From: Leucoraja ocellata
Lineage: Eukaryota
Reading direction: 5' to 3'
Length of the DNA stretch: 64,000 nt
Assembly: GCA_036785375.1 (NCBI GenBank)
Contig: JAWMAR010000603.1
Location: 434,001-498,000, forward strand
The position numbers and the translations under genes are program-made. Shown here piece after piece: positions 13,430-25,779 of this stretch (position 1 is the stretch's first letter; each line of letters opens with the position of its first letter). Under the pieces are notes generated by a model. The model had not been told where the DNA came from. It did no database searches and worked only from the letters and a program-made list of their open reading frames with translations.

Positions 13430-13650
13430 AGGAAAACCTCAACAAATCAGACAGCATCTGTGGAAAGTGAAACATTTCAGATCAATGGTGAATGTTTAGA
13501 TCAATTTTTTACTCTTCCCCTCAGATAAAGGGTCTCAGACCTGAAATGGTAACCGTTTCTCTTTCCACAGATGCTTTCTAACCTGCATCGTTTTTGCCAC
13601 CATTTCGTATTTATTTTAGATTTCCAGCATCTGTATATTTTTTTGATTTT
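13430..13650. mobile_element. Old diverged inverted pair of Penelope-type terminal repeats
   Basis: cagcatctgtggaaag...tttccacagatgct inverted pair, a decayed gataaagggtctcagacctgaaa core and a ttccagcatctg tail. Confidence 0.55.
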
Positions 13651-13919
13651 CAGAAAATAAAACCATCTTTATACCAGATGACTCAATTGAGATGGATTAA
13701 ACATTTCCCTCAACTCTATTTATCTTCTGATTTTATTTTCTTCATTTGGCACAATAACTAAATTTAGCTTTTGTGGTTGGGTTGCTAATTTTCCAAAAAT
13801 ATTAAAAGTGGCTAAAAATATTGATTAAAAAAAAACACAAAAAGGTTCATTTTCTCAGAACAAAATTATTTTGATTTATAAAATTAGCAACAATGATCCT
13901 TCACTTAAAGACTCAAACG

Positions 13920-16401
13920 AAAAGAACATACCAGCAGTTTTATTCAAAACAAGTGGAATGTTTTGAAATAAATAAACTAATAACTAAGTGAAGTCATCCC
14001 ACCAGTATTCCTGCAACGGGCAATTCCCATCACTGGGCAAAACTATGCAAAGATTTTTATATTTATTCTAAATTATTAATTCACAAAGAAACATTAAATC
14101 TCATTGGTCTTGTTAAAAAAGATGGCACATTTATTGCTATATAAATGTTATATATACATATTATGGTTTATGTTGTCACTAACAGAAATCTTTTTCTTCT
14201 TGCTGTTGTGTAGAAAGGTTCATCAACAATACCTTAAATTTGACACGGGTACAAATCTGCATCAACCAACAATGGAAACTGAAGAACAAGATGTGAAGCA
14301 ACTTATCTCAGACATTTAGCTTGGACAATACTCCAGAGGTACTACACAGTTTAGCTAGAACCTACAATGTTCTTAGGATGCTATTTTATTTTCTGATATT
14401 AATGGACAGGTTATGGTAAATAACCCTACACTTCTGCTACCTAATATAGTAAAATAAAGTAAGAAACTTTTTTTACNNNNNNNNNNNNNNNNNNNNNNNN
14501 NNNNNNNNNNNNNNNNNNNNNNNNNNNNNNNNNNNNNNNNNNNNNNNNNNNNNNNNNNNNNNNNNNNNNNNNNNNNNNNNNNNNNNNNNNNNNNNNNNNN
14601 NNNNNNNNNNNNNNNNNNNNNNNNNNNNNATGCATCTATTATAGCCAATGGGAAAGAAAGCTTAGAACCAGGCTTGGAAGAAAAGGCCAGAACGTGTCAC
14701 GAGATCACTTTAGCACGTTTTAAGCAGCTGTTAGCCCAAACAACAAACTGAACAAGGCCACAAATACAGAAAAATAGGTGTTAACTGGTTTTGAATTAGT
14801 CAACATGAATCAATTAGAATAACAAAATCATACATAATTTGTCAAAAAATAATAATTCTTGGCAAATCCTTCAAATTCAAGGGTTTGGCATTCCGTTTAG
14901 CCCACCATGGCAACTTACACGAATTTTGCTCTTCAGTTGCCTTAGTGCCCAGAACAAAGGAATGCATTTGTTAATTCTGTTGAACCAATTGCCAACATTC
15001 AGATAACAGTGAGAAACCTTGTCAGATACTTTCTCTTCTATATTCCTTTTCAATGGAAGACAGTTTACATGGAAGTTAAGGAACTTGAATCCACACAGAA
15101 AAAAAAATGGAGACCAGCCAAAAGGAAACGCAAAGAAATTCCAAGTGGTTTAAAACAACTCATAGGAGTCTGTCATGATGGCTTCAAAAGGGCAGTTGCA
15201 TTTCTGGCTGCATCAGTCTCCGGATCTCTAGCCACTGACTAGCCATGCAGATAAGGAGATATCAAAAACAAAGTATGGTCTCAGAAAGCTGCTGACCATT
15301 GCTCTTCGTTCCCTCTAGATATTTTGTTAAGCTGACAGCACTTTGTTCTATGTCAGCACTACTGGCCCTGGTGATCCAAGGATTTTATCAGCTCCAACAC
15401 TTTTTGAGCCTGAAACCTTTGTTTTACACCTGTGCTTAATTACAGCAAACACTTTCACATGTACTAAATGTAGTATTAAATGCTTGAAAAGACAAAGCAA
15501 TTCTAAAATTAGTATTTTTCTAATTTACACTTCGCGTTACAAGTTTTACTATGAAGCCTAGAAGCTTAAAAGTTTGTATAATTACAAATAAAACAGATAA
15601 GCATGGGTATTTACTTGAAAGAATAAAGGAAGCTAACCTTATTTCAAGCTAAGTGATGCTGTGATCAGACCTGCCCTTTTTCAATAAAAACACATTCTGC
15701 TATTATAGCACACTGCTCATGACACAGGCATTGAACATAATTTAGGGAAATAATAATTGTGACCATAACTGTTCAGATAACCAGAGAACAAAAAATAAAT
15801 AAACACACTAACAAGGAATTTTCTGATACATGGAAAATGCTATTGGTGTGGCAAAAAGAATGGCGAAGACAACTAAGACTTCCCCTCCTTTTCTTAAGAC
15901 ACTAATAGGTTCTGGGAATGCTGGGGGTTAGTTAGAGGTCATTCCTGTTTTGTTCTCTGTATGTGAACAGGTTTAACAGATACAAGCATCAGCCCAGCTG
16001 AAAGTGAAAAATCAGATTTTAACATTTCCCTTTCAAAGTAGACCTTATAGTTCAGTAGCAATAAATAATTTTTGTTTTAAATGCATTCATCAACCAACAA
16101 GTTTAGGCACAAGGCAACTTCCACGAAAATTGGGATAATTGCAACAGTCTCTGATTGTGTGGAAGCAATACCGCTTGCAACAGATTGATATGTACTGTGG
16201 ACCAAAATTCAGATTCGGGTCAATTAAGTTTTCAGCGGGCTGAATATGATGCCATATTGATCAAGAGATTGCTTCTGGGTTTCTGTTTCAAGTGCGTTAA
16301 GTATTCCAACTGTGACTTTATGAAAGAAAGTTAGTTGGCTGGGTCCTTGTATGGAAAGATGACTCATTTGCAATTTTACAAAACCAATCCAGACTTTTGA
16401 C
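13920..16401 (-). other. TCF12: Probable TCF12 non-coding terminal exon (3' UTR); 3' end uncertain
   Basis: Strong acceptor ttttttcttgcag|G at 16401, followed by a repeat-free AU-rich stretch. Minus-strand AATAAA at 14130-14135, 14062-14067 and 13939-13944. Matches the known TCF12 layout with an intron just after the stop codon. Confidence 0.7.
14477..14629. other. Assembly gap (153 N)
   Basis: Run of N inside the putative 3' UTR. Confidence 1.
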
Positions 16402-16496
16402 CTGCAAGAAAAAAATTAAAGAATCAGTAACTTTGTAATCAAACCCAAGAAAAATGACATTGATTATGAACATGAATAAACATTGGAGTTAAACCC

Positions 16497-16706
16497 TAAA
16501 GGGCCTGTCAAATGTACTTGATTATTTCAGCGACTTGCCAGCACCCGTCATCGTCGCAGCAGGTCGCCGAACATTTTCAACATGTTGAAAATCCAGAGGC
16601 GACCAGAAAAAGGTACGACTCTTTGGGACACTATAAACGACCATACAGGAGTCACGTCCATAGGGAAGTCGCCGAAAAAAATCGCGTAAGTGGGACGGCC
16701 CCCTAA
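16497..16706. mobile_element. MITE with decayed TIRs
   Basis: taaagggcctgtc...gtgggacggccccctaa ends related to the 39890 TIR; central palindrome ttttcaacatgttgaaaa. Confidence 0.7.
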
Positions 16707-17767
16707 GTATGCTCAATTTATATCTCACACTTTGTTTAGTATGTTAAACTTTGAAATGGGTTACATAGCTCATGTTCAATAATCCTTGGATTTTTGTGAG
16801 CCTCTTCAAAATCTTTGTATCTATCCTGCATAGTTTTCATGTGAAAACTGATCAATGGATTCAATGCTTTTTTTCATTTGTTTAATAATTTAAACAAATG
16901 AAACTTAAAAACAAAAAATTTAAATATCAGCTAGAACTGCTCATATTTCATTTCATAATTTCTTCTGGAATTGGTTTGTTGCTTGTAAACACAGAACTGT
17001 TAAATGCACATATCTTCATGAATCAAATTATTGCAGAGTTCACAGACCAAAGTGCCAATGTTTTCATTCTGCTGTGAATTCATTCAATTTAATTCTGCAA
17101 GTTCTTGCACTTAATTCACGCCAAATTTCTGGAAGAATATTTTTTGTAGCTATAATACTTTCCCATCAGAACATGGGGAATTCCACCCTTTCCATTCGTT
17201 CTGGAACTGAAACCCAACAACTGCAGCACACCACATAATATCGATAATGTTCATTAAACATTCCATGCACATTACTTAGAACACTTTGTAAAACTAAACC
17301 TCACTAGTTTTCATATGTCCATATAAACGTCATAGCTTTCATATGCCCAAAGGAAGCCCAAGTTGCTACATATGCAAGTATTTTTAGGGCAATGTCAGGC
17401 TCATTTTTCAAAATTACATAAGCTTGAAGGAGCAGTGATTTAAAGAGACCATAAAATATCTAGATATCTGCTGATGGAATCTGTTACTGGATTGCATGGA
17501 TACATCAATTAACCACTGCCCATGTTCATTTTACAAATCTACACAGTTAAAATACTGGATCATGCATGTAATTCATTTATTTAGTGAATGCAAAAAGAGC
17601 CAAGCAACAGGCTGACTTGCAATGTTCAATCTTGTAACTGCACACACATTTGGTAAGGACATTCACATACTGCTCTGCCTCATCATTACTATAAGGAGGA
17701 TTAACAACAAACTCCATACTGATGGAAGCTGTAGTCTTTGGATAATTCTGAAAATGTGTTCAGCATA

Positions 17768-17996
17768 CCATAATAATAATAATAATAATAACTTTATTTA
17801 TAAAGCACTTTTAGGCAACATCAGTTACCACAAAGTGCTGTACAAGGGAAATCAACAAAAAGTTATCACAAAACTAAAACCATTAAGACGACAGGACTAT
17901 AAAAACAGTAAAAAATTAAAAGACATTAAAAGCACTAAAACAGGAACAATGTCTCAGCCAGTGTCGAAAGCCAGTGAATAAAAGTGCGTTTTTAAT
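17768..17996 (-). repeat. LINE (L2-like) 3' end with (AAT)n tail
   Basis: (aat)7 followed by ctttatttataaagcacttt...aaagtgctgtac. Confidence 0.55.
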
Positions 17997-18321
17997 CTAA
18001 GTGCATCTAATTATATACTACATCTCTATACCTTGAGCACCACTGAAGGGGCAAAATATAAAACGTATTCTAAAGTGCCTTGATTAATGTTTTGAAACAT
18101 TTAAAGCTAATGAGGAATGCAGAATAATCACTACAACATTTTACACAATGTTATAAATGTATTTTACACTTGGTATGAGCTTTTTAAACTAAGCGAGAGC
18201 TCCTTAGTTTCAATATTTTCCCCTCACGATTACACAATGAAAATTATTGCAAAAAAGGGGAGAAAAAGGTGAAGCAAAAGTGTGATTTTAGCTTTAACAG
18301 TTTGTTGGAGTACCTGGCAGT

Positions 18322-18464
18322 TTACATATGACCCATAGGGTTGGTAGTGTCACTGAGTCCAGAGTGAACTGCAGGATGTGCTGCTGGTGCCTCTGCCGAT
18401 GCGGCAGATGCCTTCTCCTCTTCTCTCCTTTTAAGGCAGGCTGCTTTTGGGTTCAAGTTTCTCT
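18322..18464 (-). CDS. TCF12: TCF12 last coding exon, (E)[46 protein letters not shown]; exon continues to a donor at 18314
   Basis: Conserved C-domain [18 protein letters not shown] and TCF12-type C-terminus NPMGHM. TAA at 18324-18322, acceptor gtgcag, donor CAG|gtactc 8 nt after the stop. Confidence 0.97.
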
Positions 18465-20348
18465 CTGCACGTTGAAAATAATAAGTACATGCACACTAAA
18501 TAGATGCCAAAATAATTCACGGTTGTTACAAGGTAAAGGCGCATAAACCTCCAAGTGCATAGTTTACTAACACAATCTGAACACTGGAGCCATTACATAT
18601 CAGTGATATCTCTTATTTATCTGAGGGACAAATTCTTAAAGCCAGGTAAAATTTCCAATGAGACAGCCTGCAAAACGTTGGTTTCTCCAACCGAGAGTCT
18701 TTGATGTGAGAAATGATCACGACGCCTCAATTAATTTATATGGAATGAAATGAAAATGTGGAACAGCAGCAGGCCATTGAACCCCTCAAATCAGATCCAG
18801 CATTCAACAAGATCATGGCAGATCTGTCACCACGAGCTCACCTTTGTCCCACATTCATTTTCCCCCCTTCTTATTCGATACAGAAAAATAATACACAACA
18901 AACACTACTTTGAAGTGGTGTCACAGTTGCAATATATGACATGTAACAGCCAGTTTGCTTACGGCAAATTTCACACAAACACCAATAGGTTACTGACCAT
19001 TTCATCTGCCAGGGGTGCTAGTTTATTTTCAAGTATTTTCAAAGCATGAGAGAAATCTCCTCCGTTCTCATTTGAAATAAATGCCAAGATACTTTTTTTT
19101 AATTAAATGTGCTTATGAGGGCATCAAGGATTTTTATTTTGATATCTCAGCTGAAGGATTTGTATTTTGATATCTCAGCAGAACCCCTTGGTTCTGTTTG
19201 AATTATTTGCACAGGATTTATCGAGTCTCTGGCCAGGACAAACTGATAACTAATTCTCCAGCACAAGAGTAAAGAGCAACACCAATGAAGCCACGCTTCA
19301 TACTTTTCTGAGAATACGGTAGCTAAAGGAGAGTATCACAAATTGAAGAGTATCACATTACCAAGGTCAACAACAGGCAGCATAGAGGGCCCTATTTAAA
19401 GATATACTATGAAAGATTACTGCAACAGGGATAAGTGAGTCAGGAATAAATCTCCCAGTCACAGAGAAAATGAACCTGAGATTTGCAAAGAAACTGATGG
19501 TCACTTGCCCAGCAGGTCACTCTTGGGTACTGAGTGAGTGTGTCTCATTAGGTATCTCAACCAGTTGTCAGATCCATAAAAGGTTGTTTGCATTCCTAAC
19601 AACAGAGGTACCAGTCTAGCTTCAATAATGGATATAAATAATAGGGGTTAAGTTATTTATTGGAGTACCCATTACTGCATCAAAAGCCCCCACATCATAG
19701 AAAGGGTCATTGCAATTGTGGAACAATTGGGAGAAGATGCATTTAAAAAGCTCTATGCAATGTTCTCTCATCTAACGCTGGTTTATATAATTACCACTCC
19801 TTCAGATTACAGGTTACCCCCCTGCATTGCATAGAGATTGCATTTCTTGAAAATGGTCCAAATCACAATATTCCGCGATGGGAAGCCATGTTACCTGCAC
19901 ACTCGTCAGGAAACGGCAGTTAACATTTTTGCATTAATTTACTTTTTCACATAGAAACCCTGAGAACGAATTCTGCATCTTAAATATTTGGGGAGTGATT
20001 GTGAGTTCTGTCAGAATGAATATCCATTACCCAAAAGACAGTAGCACAATGTTCACCTGCATATGGTTGGACAGGAAGCGTGCGCAGTTTAGTTCCTTCC
20101 TCAAACATGTCTCCTATACAGCAGGGAAGTTGACAATCAACATTATCCTATCTTAGACATGCAAAGGCTATTGCTGGGTGGAAAATCTGGGCAGGGGAGG
20201 GTATTTTGAGTACAATTTAGTTATCCATTACTGCCAGCAGATGAGATGATGATCATGTCTGAACATGTAACTTTAAATGTAAACAGCTCTGACGATGCTG
20301 ATAAATTACTGATCATGAAATTTAATAGTAAACCAAAGGCCTACTGAC

Positions 20349-20578
20349 CTCGAACTTGATGTTCCAAGTTAAGGATGACGGTAACTGCCTGATGAAGAAT
20401 AAGTAGTTTGGTTTGGGGTTTTTCACTTTTCAAGTGAAGTTGACACATTCGTCCAAGCTCTTTAAATGCTTCATTGATGTCTCTAACACGGAGACGCTCT
20501 CTGGCATTATTTGCCATTCTCCTATCACGCTCTCTTTCTGCTTTTTGCTCAGGATTAAGGTCCTCATCTTCATGTTGA
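20349..20578 (-). CDS. TCF12: TCF12 bHLH exon, [76 protein letters not shown]
   Basis: Class I bHLH domain; [18 protein letters not shown] is the HEB-type sequence. Acceptor ttacag, donor gtcagt, 230 nt, phase 2 to 1. Confidence 0.99.
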
Positions 20579-20692
20579 CTGTAAGTAATCAGTAAGAGGT
20601 TGGAGTAAGTGCTAGTAATGTATGACATTCAAGTGAAACCAGGATACACATCTACTACTGCCAAAAGGTAATTACGCATATCATAGACTTAC

Positions 20693-20855
20693 CTTGACCT
20701 TCCTCTAGATGGCATCTTGGGATCATTTTTGCATCCTTCATCATCTGACCTCTTATCGTCGGATGAGAAGGAATCGTTTGTGTTCTCATCTTTCTCTTCT
20801 GTTTTGACTTCTGGAGGACCCAAGACAGCAGAGTGACTTTGTAAACTTGACAGAC
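20693..20855 (-). CDS. TCF12: TCF12 coding exon, (G)LSSLQSHSAVLGPPEVKTEEKDENTNDSFSSDDKRSDDEGCKNDPKMPSRGRS(S)
   Basis: ORF track 20689..20892 with E-protein IK/VKTE..KDEN and SDD motifs. Acceptor cacag, donor gtaagt, 163 nt, phase 1 to 2. Confidence 0.95.
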
Positions 20856-20974
20856 CTGTGCAAAAAATATATTCATCCCAAGATAAAAACACTTTCTAAT
20901 TGTAAACTAAAAATAATTAGGGAGTTAGAATTCATAAAATATAATTTTGAATTATATTGCCATAAAAAAAATAC

Positions 20975-21089
20975 CTCTGTAGTTATCCTGTGCCTGGTTA
21001 TTTATTTCTGCACTTGAAGGGGGGGCTGTATTGGGGAGGATCGAATGGTTGCTATGGAGACCGACAGTTTCATCCCGATGAGAACCAAC
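20975..21089 (-). CDS. TCF12: TCF12 coding exon, VGSHRDETVGLHSNHSILPNTAPPSSAEINNQAQDNYR(G)
   Basis: Homologous to HEB VGTHREDSVSLNGNHS...QENYRG. Acceptor ttttgtag, donor gtattt, 115 nt, phase 0 to 1. Confidence 0.93.
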
Positions 21090-21660
21090 CTACAAAAGAT
21101 GACAGTTTAAGCCTTTAAGCCATAATCCAATTAATTTAAGCATAAAAATATCAACAAGAGAATCAATATTCCGCTGCTTAGATATAAATTGTTTAATAAA
21201 TGTATACAGAAATGTACAAAAACTAAATTGAATACAGCCAATTTTATATAATTATTAGCTGGGCACAGTGAAGGAGACTTGAGATAATGCAAAAGTACAA
21301 CATTTCTACTGCTTTCCCAGCTCACATTATGTATAACTGTAATCAAATAAAAAGACAATATGAATATCCTATTCCAGTGTTTTCTTATTCAATTCTTATA
21401 CCTATTTAACTTAATTTTCTCTATTTTCGCAAGTTGAACTCCACCCTCCACAATATCCTCTTCAGTTTGGCCTACAGACTTCAAAAGTTTTGAAATGTTC
21501 AATTGAGATCAGAAAGTTTGAAAAGTGTAATTGAACAGAGCTAAAACAGAGAAATTCAACACGAAGTACAAATGCAGGCTACCAACCTACATGTAGAACT
21601 GAATCTCAAATTTAGAAGTTGAATACTGAAACTACACATAATGCAACTAAAAACTCCTTA

Positions 21661-23256
21661 ATCCTAGGATATTCCCTAGGACATTGAGGGAAGTAAGTGT
21701 AGAAATAGCAGGGGCTATGACAGAAATATTTCAAATGTCATTAGAAACGGGAATAGTGCCGGAGGATTGGCGTACTGCGCATGTTGTTCCATTGTTTAAA
21801 AAGGGGTCTAAGAGTAAACCTAGCAATTATAGACCTGTTAGTTTGACGTCAGTGGTTGGCAAAGTAATGGAAAGGATACTTAGAGATAATATATATAAGC
21901 ATCTGGATAAACAGGGTCTGATTAGGAACAGTCAACATGGATTTGTGCCTGGAAGGTCATGTTTGACTAATCTTCTTGAATTTTTTGAAGAGGTTACTCG
22001 GGAGATTGATGAGGGTAAAGCAGTGGATGGTGTATATATGGACTTCAGTAAGGCCTTTGACAAGGTTCCTCACGGAAGGTTGGTTAAGAAGGTTTAATTG
22101 TTGGGTATTAATGGTGGAGTAGCAAGATGGATTCAACAGTGGCTGAATGGGAGATGCCAGAGAGTAATGGTGGATGGTTGTTTGTCAGGTTGGAGGCCAA
22201 TGACTAGTGGGGTGCCACAGGGATCTGTGTTGGGTCCACTGTTGTTTGTCATGTACATCAATGATCTGGATGATGGTGTGGTAAATTGGATTAGTAAGTA
22301 TGCAGATGATACTAAGATAGGTGGGGTTGTGGATAATGAAGTCGATTTTCAAAGTCTACAGAGAGATTTATGCCAGTTGGAAGAGTGGGCTGAAATATCG
22401 CAGATGGAGTTTAATGCTGATATGTGTGAGGTGCTACATCTTGGCAGGACAAATCAAAATAGGACGTACATGGTAAATGGTAAGGAATTGAAGAATGCAT
22501 GTGAACAGAGGGATCTGGGAATAACTGTGCACAGTTCCCTGAAAGTGGAATCTCATGTAGATAGGGTGGTAAAGAAAGTTTTTGGTGTGCTGGCCTTTAT
22601 AAATCAGAGCATTGAGTATAGAAGTTGGGATGTAATGTTAAAATTGTACAAGGCATTGGTGAGGCCAATTCTGGAGTATGGTGTACAATTTTGGTCGCCT
22701 AATTATAGGATGTCAACAAAAATAGAGAGAGTACTGATGAGTGTGCAGGTAACATGGCTTCCCATTGCGGAATATTGTGATTTGGACCCCTTACTAGAAT
22801 GCTGCCTGGGTTTCAGCAACTAAGTTACAGAGAAAGGTTGAACAAGTTAGGGCTTTATTCTTTGGAGCGCAGAAGGTTAAGGGGGGACTTGATAGAGGTC
22901 TTTAAAATGATGAGAGGGATAAACAGAGTTGACGTGATAAGCCTTTCCCACTGAGAATAGGGAAGATTCAAAAAAGGGGACATGACGAGAATTAAGGGAC
23001 AGAAGTTTAGGGGTAACATGAGGGGGAACTTCTTTACTCAGAGAGTGGTGGCTGTGTGGAATGAGCTTCCAGTGAAGGTGGTGGAGGCAGGTACGTTTTT
23101 ATAATTTAAAAATAAATTGGATAGTTATATGGACGGGAAAGGAATGGAGGGTTATGGTCTGAGCGCAGGTATATGGGACTAGGGGAGAATACGTGTTCGG
23201 CACAGACTAGAAGGGTCGAGATGGCCTGTTTCCGTGCTGTAATTGTTATATGGTTA
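21661..23256 (+). mobile_element. CR1 (HER1-like) LINE, 5'-truncated, RT region plus 3' UTR
   Basis: ORFs 21684..22097 and 22098..22823: NYRPVSLTS, DFSKAFDKVPH, SGVPQGSVLGP, KYADDTK, LVRPILEYGVQFWSP. One in-frame stop, a small deletion and a 55-bp foreign insert. 3' end ggcctgtttccgtgctgta. Confidence 0.95.
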
Positions 23257-23835
23257 AAGGCAGAAGTACAACTAATATTCTATTACAATCTGCTCCTGTT
23301 GTACAATCAGGATCTGATGGGCTGATTTAATATATTTTAGCAAAATATTAATATTGATTTATGCACCACAGCTGTTACAGTGTGATACAAATTACATTTT
23401 CGAAAGGTTCCAAAGTATTTTAAATGAAAACTAATCTAACTAGGTTAGAGCATATTTTAATACACAAGAAAATCTAACTATACAGAAAAACTTTCAAATG
23501 TACGATGAAAGGGGCAGGAGCAGGTTTCCAAATACTTTGTTGCTAATTATAAAGGAAGATGAAAAACAACAAATTCCATGAAGAGTTCACAGTTGTGTCA
23601 TTGTATCATGTTTTTGACTGCAGCGTTACAACGTTATCCTTTCTCCACACACAAAGGATAGTAAATTGACAAACACACTCCTGCACAATGTTGAAAATAA
23701 TTCAATGATTTTCAAATCAAGACAGATACGTTTCTGCTGACCAAGAAAGTCAATGGATATGGAGCCAAGACAGAGAGGATTTATTCAGATCCAAAGCCAG
23801 TTGGCTAGTTATAACCAGGGAAGCTGTCTCTGCAA

Positions 23836-24742
23836 GGTTACACAAAAAAGCTGGAGAAACTCAGCGGGTGCAGCAGCATCTATGGAGCGAAGGAAATAGG
23901 CAACGTTTCGGGCCGAAACCCTTCTTCAGACTGATCGGGGGCGAGGGTGGGTGGGGACAAGAAAGGGAAAAGGAGGAGTAGCCCGAAGGCTGGGGGATGG
24001 GAGGAGACAGCAGGGGGGCTGAGGAAGGGGAGGAGACAGCAAGGACTAACAAAATTGGGAGAATTCGATGTTCATGCCCCCGGGGTGCAGACTCCCCAAA
24101 CGGAATATGAGGTGCTGTTCCTCCAATTTCCGGTGCTGCTCGCTGTGGCCATGGAGGAGACCCAGGACAGAGAGGTCGGAGACGGAGTGGGAGGGGGAGT
24201 TGAAGTGCTGAACCACCGGGAGGTCAGCTTGGTTATTGCGGACCGAGCGGAGGTGTTTGGCGAAACGATCGCCCAACCTCCGCTTGGTCTCACCGATATA
24301 GATCTGCTGACATCTAGAGCAGCGGACGCAATAGATGAGGTTGGAAGAGATGCAGGTAAACCTCTGTCGCACCTGGAACGATTGCTTGGGTCCTTGAACG
24401 GAGTCGAGGGGGGAGGTAAAGGGACAAGTGTTGCATCTCTTGCGGTTGCAAGGGAAAGTGCCCGGGGAGGGGGTGGACCGAGAGGGAAGGGAAGAATTGA
24501 CAAGGGAGTTATGGAGGGAGCGGTCTTTGCGGAAGGCAGATATGGGGGGAGATGGGAAGATGTGGCGAGTAGTGGGGTCACGTTGGAGGTGGTGAAACTG
24601 ACGGAGGATTACTTTTTGTATGTGACGGCTGGTGGGGTGAAAGGTGAGGACTAGGGGGACTCGGCCCTTGTTGCGAGTGCGGGGATGGGGAGAGAGAGCA
24701 GTGTTGCGGGGTATGGAAGAGACCCTGGTGCGAGCCTCATTT
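23836..24742 (-). mobile_element. 5'-truncated Penelope-like element (Neptune-type): Cys-rich linker, GIY-YIG endonuclease, 3' UTR and terminal repeat with hammerhead-like motif
   Basis: ORF 24046..24828 contains VPLVLTFHP, CNRKRCNTC, LIYCVRCSRCQQIYIGET..RF.KH and GMN, an intact reading frame. Perfect 15-bp TSD aagctgtctctgcaa at 23821-23835 and 24743-24757. Confidence 0.92.
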
Positions 24743-24917
24743 AAGCTGTCTCTGCAATCTCCAGACAGCTTTCTCCTGCAATAAAGAGCCCAGCAAATCA
24801 TGGTTTCACTGTATTTGTTGAAAGGCACATGTATTAAAAAATGACTAAAGTCAGCGGATCACCAATTTAGGTTTAAATTAATTCCACCATTACTCATTTT
24901 CAGCTTGATCACACAGA

Positions 24918-25272
24918 TAATAATAATAATAATACATTTTATTTGTGGGCGCCTTTCAAAAGTCTCAAACACACCTTACAGAATTTAACAAGAGTAAAAA
25001 ACATATAATCAGAGTAAAATAAATAATAAAGACATAACCAATACACAAATTAAAGACAAAATTCAATCCAAAGACAAAAAAAAATCAAAAACATAATGTG
25101 AAGAGAGAGCAGCGGCAGCTAAACCGCGCCAGCGTACACTCTCCCTTCCGACAGCCATCTTGGACACAAACTAAAATAATCACTTATACACAAAAATCAT
25201 CCCCCCACAATGGTTACCACTGTGGGGGAAGACACAATGTCCAGTCCCCATCCCCAGTTCTCCCAAAGTCAG
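24918..25272 (-). repeat. Retroposon 3' end with (AAT)n tail, unclassified
   Basis: (aat)5 acattttatttgtgggcgcctttc followed by an A-rich and then a GC-richer block. Confidence 0.5.
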
Positions 25273-25779
25273 ATGTCATCAAAAGTTTAAAAGGCACAAA
25301 TTAAAAGGTCTGTATTTCATAGGAAAATATGATATATTTCATAGACATGTACTACTTTTAATTATGTACTTTAAATAGAATTATGCACTTCAGAAAGGAT
25401 TGTTTTAAATGCAAAATATCTTTTTACAAGTACTTGCATTGCGAACATCCATTCACGCTGGTCACCATAATCAACTGAGATGAAGTCTAACAAATCTATT
25501 GCTTTTGCTTCACTATAATAATTGCTTGGAATTTACTGGTCCTACCATTGTCTCCTGTAATTAAGCACACATCACTGCATGACAGAAAGTCAAAGGTATA
25601 TCAATATCATGGTTGATTTGGATTTCCAAATGTATGGGGGGTATTGGAGGGATTGTCAAACCAGGTATGTTGTTTGTCATAGCAATGCACATAATATTCC
25701 AAAACAACTAGGAAAGCACAAGATCAATTTCAATAGATTTTCTGAAGTTAATACCTTATGCAGTGTGTAAATCATTATT

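Noticed and set aside
18314-18324. 3' UTR intron as an NMD trigger
   Set aside because: The stop is only 8 nt upstream of the junction, well inside the 50-55 nt rule, and this layout is normal for TCF12.
18465-20348. Second, mutually exclusive bHLH exon as in TCF3 E12/E47
   Set aside because: No NNARER-like coding sequence found by eye in the flanking introns.
23947-24654. 235-aa plus-strand ORF and 169-aa alternative-frame ORF
   Set aside because: Shadow frames of the GC-rich Penelope ORF.
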